From: a virus
Taxonomy: Duplodnaviria; Caudoviricetes
DNA length: 25,235 bases
Direction: 5' to 3' (one strand)
Virus record (IMG/VR): IMGVR_UViG_3300030332_001087
Span: 1-25,235 of that record
Shown: positions 7,881 through 13,740 of the stretch, one piece after another
Layout: each line of letters opens with the position of its first letter
Position numbering within the stretch: the first letter of the stretch is position 1
Made by a program: the position numbers and the translations under genes
Notes under the pieces: model-generated
What the model saw: only the letters and a program-made list of their open reading frames with translations
What the model was told of the DNA's origin: nothing
The model's database searches: none

Positions 7881-8579
7881 CTACTCATACTTGAACAGGT
7901 ATTCCTCGTGTACCCTTGGGTCGTAGTCTGTCTCGGTCTTAATCCGTTTCAGCAGGTGAGAGATAGTTACGGAAATACCATCATCTGTCTGTCTCTGCTT
8001 GGTGATAAGGTCAACCAACTTCACTGCCTCTGCTCTTGAGAGTTCAATCTGGGACTCTTCCTTGTATACGACCTTCACTTGAGTAAAACCCTGATTATCG
8101 ACTATGTAGTATTTTATATCCTGTTCATTTTCGATGATTATCATATCACCAACGCTCATGGACGTATGGGCAATCCAACCCATAACACCTGCCCAGTAGT
8201 ACCTTCTGTCGGATGCACATAGTTTTGCATAGTCAGGATTCTTCTCGTCAAACCATTTATTCGACTTTATCATCCTGTCAACATCACCATCGTCTTGGTC
8301 TTGACTGAACTCTGCATCGTAGCCATTGAGATGCTTGAGTTGTTCGGTGCTGATATGATTGAACTCTTCCCAGAGCGCATTCATAACTTGGTTGTCGTCG
8401 TCGTTGTTGTTTACTGTCCTGACAGCAACAGTCTTCCAGTTAGAAGAGATTACATCAGTTTTGATGTATCCCCATCTCTCGAACAGGGATGCACAGTGTT
8501 CCTTCAGCCATTTAACACCCATCATGGCATCCCTGCCAAACTGCCCAGTTACAGCGTATTTGATTGTTACTCGTTTCAT
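7881..8579 (-). CDS. Hypothetical protein with a YodL-like motif
   Basis: HTSMSVGDMIII...YYIVDNQGF resembles the YodL SLSVSDV motif; start reassigned to ATG 8579. Confidence 0.5.
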   Translation of the reverse strand: MKRVTIKYAVTGQFGRDAMMGVKWLKEHCASLFERWGYIKTDVISSNWKTVAVRTVNNNDDDNQVMNALWEEFNHISTEQLKHLNGYDAEFSQDQDDGDVDRMIKSNKWFDEKNPDYAKLCASDRRYYWAGVMGWIAHTSMSVGDMIIIENEQDIKYYIVDNQGFTQVKVVYKEESQIELSRAEAVKLVDLITKQRQTDDGISVTISHLLKRIKTETDYDPRVHEEYLFKYE

Positions 8580-8599
8580 TTCTAACTCCATGTTTGGTA

Positions 8600-8662
8600 G
8601 CGGATTCATTTCCGCAGAGCCTTGGGGAAGAATCGAACTTCCCCACTGCACCATGCAAGGCT
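8600..8662 (-). ncRNA. tRNA-like element TLE2
   Basis: AGCCUU GCA-UGG-UGC AGU GGGGAAG-UUCGAUU-CUUCCCC AAGGCU CU GCGGA-AAUGAA-UCCGC. Confidence 0.75.
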
Positions 8663-8677
8663 TATTATATATATATA

Positions 8678-9298
8678 TTAGCCTGTTCTAACAAAACCGA
8701 AGTAAAACCTCGGTTGATGGATGAACTCCAATGTGCCTTTGACTCCGTCGCTCTTGCGAATCACCACTACACAAGGTGATGCAAATCCCTGCACTGTAAA
8801 GTCCTGCTGCAACTCTTTGGTGTTCCAGACCTGACCATGTTGCTCTTCGAGTTCTTCCCGGTCAGGTGTAAAGTCTTCAAAGCAACGGTTACAGAATTCG
8901 TGACCGTTGAATAGCTTTGTATCACCCTTGTCAACTTCTTGGTCACAATTCTCGCAAGTAGTTTTATCGTCGTCAGCCTGAACATAACTCGGAAATTTCC
9001 GAGAGTCTACTGTTGGGCATTTCCAGAATCCATCTGCTGTGCCGTCAGTATAGTCCACAAACGTACCGTCAAGGTCATTCCAATACTGCTTTGCCAGTTC
9101 ATATCCACAACCAGTACACTTCAGGAAATACTCGAAGTTGCTGTTGTCATGGTCTTGATGCCATAGCTCCCAGTTATCGTGGGATTCATAGCCTTCATAC
9201 TTGCCATATTCATCTTCCAGAGGGAACTTACACCTACATCCCTGACCTGCTTGAGCAGTCACTATTCTGGATACCGCTTTGATTAATGTTCGTTTCAT
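8678..9298 (-). CDS. Cys-rich hypothetical protein
   Basis: Several CxxC pairs; C-terminal QVWNTKELQQDF...RKSDGVKGTLEF...PRFYFGF domain; CAUGGAG start. Confidence 0.7.
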   Translation of the reverse strand: MKRTLIKAVSRIVTAQAGQGCRCKFPLEDEYGKYEGYESHDNWELWHQDHDNSNFEYFLKCTGCGYELAKQYWNDLDGTFVDYTDGTADGFWKCPTVDSRKFPSYVQADDDKTTCENCDQEVDKGDTKLFNGHEFCNRCFEDFTPDREELEEQHGQVWNTKELQQDFTVQGFASPCVVVIRKSDGVKGTLEFIHQPRFYFGFVRTG

Positions 9299-9315
9299 TT
9301 TTTACTCCATGATTA

Positions 9316-9380
9316 GAGCGACTTCATTGTCACTCAGAGGGTAGGGGGAGAATCGAACTCCCCCAGTACCATACTACCCT
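9316..9380 (-). ncRNA. tRNA-like element TLE3
   Basis: AGGGUA GUA-UGG-UAC U GGGGGAG-UUCGAUU-CUCCCCC UACCCU CU GAGUGAC-AAUGAA-GUCGCUC; begins inside the ardC-like stop codon. Confidence 0.75.
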
Positions 9381-10323
9381 ATTTGGCTTCGTATTCAGTG
9401 CCAAGGATGTGGTCACAGGCTTTAGCCGACCTTGACCCAGCCCAGACAATCCAGTCTTCATTTTCGGACAATTTAGACTTCCATCCAGAGATATAACTTG
9501 CGCTGTTCTGGATGACTGAACTTCTGTCAATCCCTGCTATGGCGCATAGGAAGGTTGAACCAAGTTCAGCAACCAGTTCTTCCTTGCTGTACTCATGGCT
9601 CCCGAAGAAATTGGTTCCAGTAACACCTTCTCTCGCCAATCTGGACTTATGACCAGTCGAGTGAATCAACTCATGGAAGAATGTCGAATAGTATTCCTCG
9701 TCAGAGACAAAATACTCTGGCTTGACCATGTGAACTTCGTCAGCAGATGGACGATAGTGACAGCTATCTGCTTGGTCATGGTAGACCTTCGGTGAATCAG
9801 GATAATTAGCAATTATCTCGTCACAGGCTTCGACAGGAGTAAAATCCCGAACTTCATCATCGTCCTTGATAGCAGGATAATACTTCTCAGGAAGACCGTC
9901 ACATTGGTTGGCTGAGAATACGTTGAACGAGAAGAGAGAAGGGAATGGTGTTCTCTTGCCAGTACCCTTACAAGCAGTACAACTATCACCGATGCATCCA
10001 CTGTTGTCCCAAGATGAACCAGTACAGTCAACTGGTGGATGAAATTTCCAGTAGTGAATAGGAAATGACTTCTCACCCTTCCTGACCTGACCACCAAGTT
10101 TCTTAGCCTGACCAAAAGTAAGCCACCAAGGGGATTCATACCCTGCACAGCCCAGAATAGCCAGATTGGTTCCACGATACACCTTCTTGGTCGATACTGA
10201 CCGAGGTGCATTGGCTTTGCCACCATTCCAAGGCTTTTGCCAAGGAACAATGCCCTGCTCCAGAAAACCAAGGATTCTCTCGGTGATTCTCTTGCAGATT
10301 GATTGATATTGTTTTTTGTTCAT
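9379..10323 (-). CDS. ardC: ArdC-like antirestriction protein (ssDNA-binding domain plus zincin-like metallopeptidase domain)
   Basis: PWQKPW, YRGTN, WLTFGQA..LGGQVRKGEK, HELIHSTGH and YSKEELVAELGS; start reassigned to ATG 10323. Confidence 0.88.
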   Translation of the reverse strand: MNKKQYQSICKRITERILGFLEQGIVPWQKPWNGGKANAPRSVSTKKVYRGTNLAILGCAGYESPWWLTFGQAKKLGGQVRKGEKSFPIHYWKFHPPVDCTGSSWDNSGCIGDSCTACKGTGKRTPFPSLFSFNVFSANQCDGLPEKYYPAIKDDDEVRDFTPVEACDEIIANYPDSPKVYHDQADSCHYRPSADEVHMVKPEYFVSDEEYYSTFFHELIHSTGHKSRLAREGVTGTNFFGSHEYSKEELVAELGSTFLCAIAGIDRSSVIQNSASYISGWKSKLSENEDWIVWAGSRSAKACDHILGTEYEAK

Positions 10324-10340
10324 TTTGAACTCCATGTGTT

Positions 10341-10394
10341 GGTTAAGACAGGGCAAAAGCCCTGTTTCGAGTATTGAACTCTCGTCAGTTAACC
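10341..10394 (-). ncRNA. Hammerhead ribozyme HH2 (type I)
   Basis: GGUUAA CUGACGA GAGU-UCAAU-ACUC GAAA CAGGGC-UUUU-GCCCUG UC|UUAACC; predicted cleavage between 10347 and 10346. Confidence 0.95.
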
Positions 10395-10751
10395 TTCCAG
10401 TTTTTCTAATTCATCGACTATCTCTGACTCCCTATTTCCCCATAGTTCTGACTGTTCGTAATCAGAGTCGTAATCAGGGCTGTCTGGGTCTTCGTTGATG
10501 TAGTTTTCTTTCTGCACCAAGACTTCTTCTAACTCATTTTGCAAGACAATTCTCCTGAGAACAATATTGACGAATTCATAAGCATATGATTCACCAAGGT
10601 GATTACGTCGCTTAATGTCTGCTGTAATATGTGGAATTGTTCTCTCCCTGCCTAATTCAGAGTACAGGGCTGTCCAATGGTCGAGACTGAGAGTAATCAG
10701 TTCTTCTATCGACTCGAACTGTCCTTTGATGATGTGTTTTAGTGTTTCCAT
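10389..10751 (-). CDS. Acidic hypothetical protein flanked by two hammerheads
   Basis: 120 aa from ATG 10751 (CAUGGAG-N6-AUG); stop codon forms HH2 stem I. Confidence 0.75.
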   Translation of the reverse strand: METLKHIIKGQFESIEELITLSLDHWTALYSELGRERTIPHITADIKRRNHLGESYAYEFVNIVLRRIVLQNELEEVLVQKENYINEDPDSPDYDSDYEQSELWGNRESEIVDELEKLEG

Positions 10752-10766
10752 TTTTAACTCCATGTT

Positions 10767-10821
10767 GGTTAAGACGGGGAACGAGTCCCCGTTTCGGGCA
10801 TTCAGCCCTCGTCAGTTAACC
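10767..10821 (-). ncRNA. Hammerhead ribozyme HH3 (type I)
   Basis: GGUUAA CUGACGA GGGC-UGAAU-GCCC GAAA CGGGGA-CUCGU-UCCCCG UC|UUAACC; predicted cleavage between 10773 and 10772. Confidence 0.95.
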
Positions 10822-11295
10822 TGAAGTAATGCTACCGTCTACAACAGCAACTTTAAACTCGCCAATTTTGATATGTCCATGCCTATCTGTTTTATGGACA
10901 ACATCACCTTCGGTGATTGCAGGGTCTTCGACTATGACCTTGTCATCTGCAGTCTCAGGAAGAGAATCTATATCGTGGACAAACCGATAATCCCTTGAGC
11001 AAACATAACCGACATGATATGTCAGTGAATTGTAATCAGAATGAAAATGCGGTAAGTCCTTCCCTTCTGCCCTCAGTAAACGATTGATATGAAGTATCAG
11101 GGTTGGTGGATACAATTCACCATCACTTATGCCATATTCAGCACCATCGTTTGCATCAGAAACCAGAACAACATCCCTTCCTAATGCATCAGTGAAACAA
11201 CTTCTGTTATGAAGGTTAGCCCTTCTTATCCTCTGACTGAGTCTGGTCAGTTTTTCAGTGTAACTCTCATAGTCCTGTTTTGTCTTGAATTCCAT
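10816..11295 (-). CDS. Hypothetical protein, first gene of the leftward operon
   Basis: CAUGGAG-N7-AUG start at 11295; stop codon forms HH3 stem I. Confidence 0.7.
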   Translation of the reverse strand: MEFKTKQDYESYTEKLTRLSQRIRRANLHNRSCFTDALGRDVVLVSDANDGAEYGISDGELYPPTLILHINRLLRAEGKDLPHFHSDYNSLTYHVGYVCSRDYRFVHDIDSLPETADDKVIVEDPAITEGDVVHKTDRHGHIKIGEFKVAVVDGSITSG

Positions 11296-11340
11296 GTCTA
11301 TTCTCCATGTTAGTGTTTTGTGGGGTAGTTCCCATGCCAT

Positions 11341-11368
11341 ATATTACATAGATTACTACTGTTTCCAA
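11341..11368 (-). promoter_or_regulatory. Putative leftward early promoter
   Basis: TTGGAA-N16-TAATAT with an AGTAA/TGTAA repeat; AT-rich upstream. Confidence 0.4.
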
Positions 11369-11823
11369 TAACTTTATTTATAGAAAATGATATAATGATG
11401 AAATTAATGCCACCGTCGTGAAAGCATAAATCAGTACCATAATTATGGCAATCTGGCTGAAACTATATATATAAGGATGCAAATCCTGAATGCATTGAAG
11501 GGTGCTTGGGGAGAGGTGGGATAAGTGTATACAACTATTGGTCGCTTGTCTTGGTTGGATGTGCATGGCTCAGGGGGGTCTCAGGGGGTCATTTGTATAA
11601 CTTTTTAGGGAAATTGTTATACAGTCTCTCGTCGAGAGAAGGTTGGATACCCTATTATATGGTCACTCTCGGTCAACATGGCATGGAATCAGGATGGCTC
11701 ACAGTCGGTGACATGGGTGCGGTAAAATAATAATGTGCCGTCGGTGACCCACCCAGTCGGTGGGGGCGGGGGTCTCGTCATCTATATAGTCAGCATTGTT
11801 ATATTTCAGGTAAAATAAACGGG

Positions 11824-11853
11824 TTGACAAAGATTACAGATAGTGTGTAAGAT
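11824..11853 (+). promoter_or_regulatory. Rightward sigma70-like promoter
   Basis: TTGACA-N18-TAAGAT with an A-rich upstream stretch. Confidence 0.65.
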
Positions 11854-11858
11854 AGAGC

Positions 11859-12017
11859 ATGATAAAATTCATTATTGGTTTCGTTTTAGGCTGTGTCTTC
11901 ACCTTTTTAGTTTGCGGTATCACCTTAATGATTCGTGACGAGAAGGAGACAAAGAAGAGGAGGCAGCGCATGAATAAGGCAGGAACGCCTTGGAGCCGTA
12001 AAATAAGAGAGAGATAA
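11859..12017 (+). CDS. 52 aa membrane protein, probably leaderless (MIKFIIGFVLGCVFTFLVCGITLMIRDEKETKKRR...)
   Basis: Not in the ORF track; N-terminal TM helix and basic tail; ATG 5 nt after the -10 box; stop abuts the next ATG. Confidence 0.6.
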   Translation: MIKFIIGFVLGCVFTFLVCGITLMIRDEKETKKRRQRMNKAGTPWSRKIRER

Positions 12018-12452
12018 ATGGCATTAAATATTAGTGAGATAGTTGAGGTATTCGGTAATGATTCGACATTAAAGGTAGATGGTTACGATGATTGTGTAGT
12101 TGGTATAGATGGTGATGGTCGGTTGGTATATGACCGGAGGTTGATGTTAGACAAGTTAGAGAAGGACATGAGTTCTGATGATGCTGAGGAGTTTTTCGAG
12201 TATAACATAGCTGGTTCTTATATGGGTGAGATGACTCCGTTGTACATCCATTTATTCAGTAAGGAGGGCAATTTTTGTGAGCATTTAACCACTGAATACC
12301 AGCCAGAGGAGAAGGAAAACAACGTACCTGAGTCTTTGAATTGTGTAGATTGCGGTGAGGAGTTAGAGCCACCGGAGCCTGATTGGGATATGGAGCTGCA
12401 TAACAGCCCATTGGGCATAGGATTTGCACAGAAAGACATAAAGAATGGTTAA
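12018..12452 (+). CDS. Conserved-looking phage hypothetical protein
   Basis: DGYDDCVVG...LVYD...AEEFFEYNIAGSYMGEMTP pattern, plus a C-terminal CxxC. Confidence 0.75.
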   Translation: MALNISEIVEVFGNDSTLKVDGYDDCVVGIDGDGRLVYDRRLMLDKLEKDMSSDDAEEFFEYNIAGSYMGEMTPLYIHLFSKEGNFCEHLTTEYQPEEKENNVPESLNCVDCGEELEPPEPDWDMELHNSPLGIGFAQKDIKNG

Positions 12453-12651
12453 TTCTGACTGGAAGAATTGGACAAAGGGTTTTCCATACAGTGATGATAT
12501 AGATGACCCGGATTATATACGGGACAGATTAGAGTTATTCAGGACAAACGGTAACGGATGGTGGTGGAATGCACCGAGCAAGCAGAAGAAGGAGCCAATA
12601 AATAAAAGAAGGAGAAGAAGGAAGAATGTTAAAATTTCTAAAGACCAGTGA
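12445..12651 (+). CDS. Hypothetical protein
   Basis: 68 aa, overlaps both neighbours, basic tail. Confidence 0.6.
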   Translation: MVNSDWKNWTKGFPYSDDIDDPDYIRDRLELFRTNGNGWWWNAPSKQKKEPINKRRRRRKNVKISKDQ

Positions 12652-12847
12652 ATTATGCAGCATATTGGGGGTATCTCGTCAGTGTGTATATAAGTGGAGG
12701 AATCAGGATAATCCTTTACCTACTGCTATTAATAATACGAATGGTGGTGGTAAGTTAATCAGGTATAAATTAGAAGATGTAATGGAATGGTTAAACAGTA
12801 ATGGAAAAGAATCAAAAGCCGAAATTTTACGCACAGAAGAGGACTAA
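12626..12847 (+). CDS. Excisionase/AlpA-like winged HTH DNA-binding protein
   Basis: FLKTSELCSILGVSRQCVYKWR...P...IRYKLEDVMEWL. Confidence 0.85.
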   Translation: MLKFLKTSELCSILGVSRQCVYKWRNQDNPLPTAINNTNGGGKLIRYKLEDVMEWLNSNGKESKAEILRTEED

Positions 12848-12971
12848 GTCTGGCAGGTATATCACGATAGCTGAGGGTGATACCAGACAGGAGTTAATAG
12901 AGAATATCAAGTCAGACAGTAACACATACAACAAAAGAGAGAGGAACAGTAATGGCAAAGAGGTACTTTGA
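12801..12971 (+). CDS. 56 aa hypothetical protein (MEKNQKPKFYAQKRTKSGRY...)
   Basis: Not in the ORF track; fills the gap between the HTH and initiator genes. Confidence 0.5.
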   Translation: MEKNQKPKFYAQKRTKSGRYITIAEGDTRQELIENIKSDSNTYNKRERNSNGKEVL

Positions 12972-13740
12972 CACAGACATATGGAAGAAGAGATGGTTTC
13001 GCAGTTTATCACCGAGATATAAGAGTGTATGGTGGTATATAATCAGTCAGTGTGACCATGCTGGAATTTTTGAGCCAGATGTAGAGATAATGAGTCTTTT
13101 CATAGGTGAGGAATTAGATGAGGGTAAGATACTGGAAGTATTCAAAAATAGGATAGAATACTTAGATAATGGTAAGTGGTTTATACCAAAATTTATCCAA
13201 TTTCAGTATAATGCAGCTACACCTGAAGAGTTAAATCAAAACAACAGGGTACACAAGTCTGTATACGACAAACTACAGAAATATGGTATAACATTTAGAC
13301 CCATCGATGAAGCTACCAAGGGTCATAGTAGGGTCATGGATGGTTCATCTAAGGGTCAAGGTAGGGTCAAGCAAGGGTCATCGAAGGTTCATGTAAGGGT
13401 CATGCATGAAGCTAAAGATAAAGATAAAGCTATATACAAAGATAAAGATAAAGTAATAATAACTAATAATAATAAAAAAGCAGTATTTAAGATACCAAAT
13501 GAAAAACAAGTTAAAGAATATTGTAAAGAGCGTGGAAATTCTATTAATGCGAGTCATTTCATTTCATTCTACGAATCCAAGGGTTGGATGATTGGGAAGA
13601 ACAAGATGAAAGATTGGCAGGCAGCAGTGCGGTCTTGGGAGCAGCAGGAGATAGCTGAACAGAAAAAGGCTGATGAGAGGAAGCCTAAGACGAGAGCATT
13701 CATTCAGGAATCAGACAGGAACAGACCCCGTGATTTCTAA
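12952..13740 (+). CDS. Phage replication initiator (replisome organiser)
   Basis: N-terminal KRYFDTDIW...WFRSL...CDHAG domain, DKDKDK linker, C-terminal F..P...V.EYC.ER...FYESKGWMIGKNKMKDWQAAVRSWE; internal iterons. Confidence 0.85.
   Translation: MAKRYFDTDIWKKRWFRSLSPRYKSVWWYIISQCDHAGIFEPDVEIMSLFIGEELDEGKILEVFKNRIEYLDNGKWFIPKFIQFQYNAATPEELNQNNRVHKSVYDKLQKYGITFRPIDEATKGHSRVMDGSSKGQGRVKQGSSKVHVRVMHEAKDKDKAIYKDKDKVIITNNNKKAVFKIPNEKQVKEYCKERGNSINASHFISFYESKGWMIGKNKMKDWQAAVRSWEQQEIAEQKKADERKPKTRAFIQESDRNRPRDF
13319..13480. repeat. Putative replication origin: 8 iterons at 11 bp period plus an A/T-rich tract
   Basis: (A/T)GG(G/T)TCA at 13319, 13330, 13341, 13352, 13363, 13374, 13385, 13396, followed by AAAGAT repeats and AT-rich sequence. 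Confidence 0.8.

Noticed and set aside
7823-9380. Calling the GTTCGATT-containing elements tRNA genes
   Set aside because: The cores are only 43-45 nt, with no anticodon arm and no CCA
6545-10821. CRISPR array or integron attC cassette array
   Set aside because: Repeats conserve RNA structure rather than sequence, the spacers are whole genes, there are no GTTRRRY/RYYYAAC boxes, and the recombinase is too short for IntI
7780-11340. ORF-track N-terminal extensions (starts at 7857, 8654, 10356, 10763, 11340)
   Set aside because: Most run through the RNA elements or promoter-proximal leader and all lack an RBS; the CAUGGAG-N6/7-AUG signal defines shorter starts
13670-13700. CTGATGA on plus as a hammerhead core
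   Set aside because: Lies inside coding sequence and lacks a correctly placed GAAA and stems
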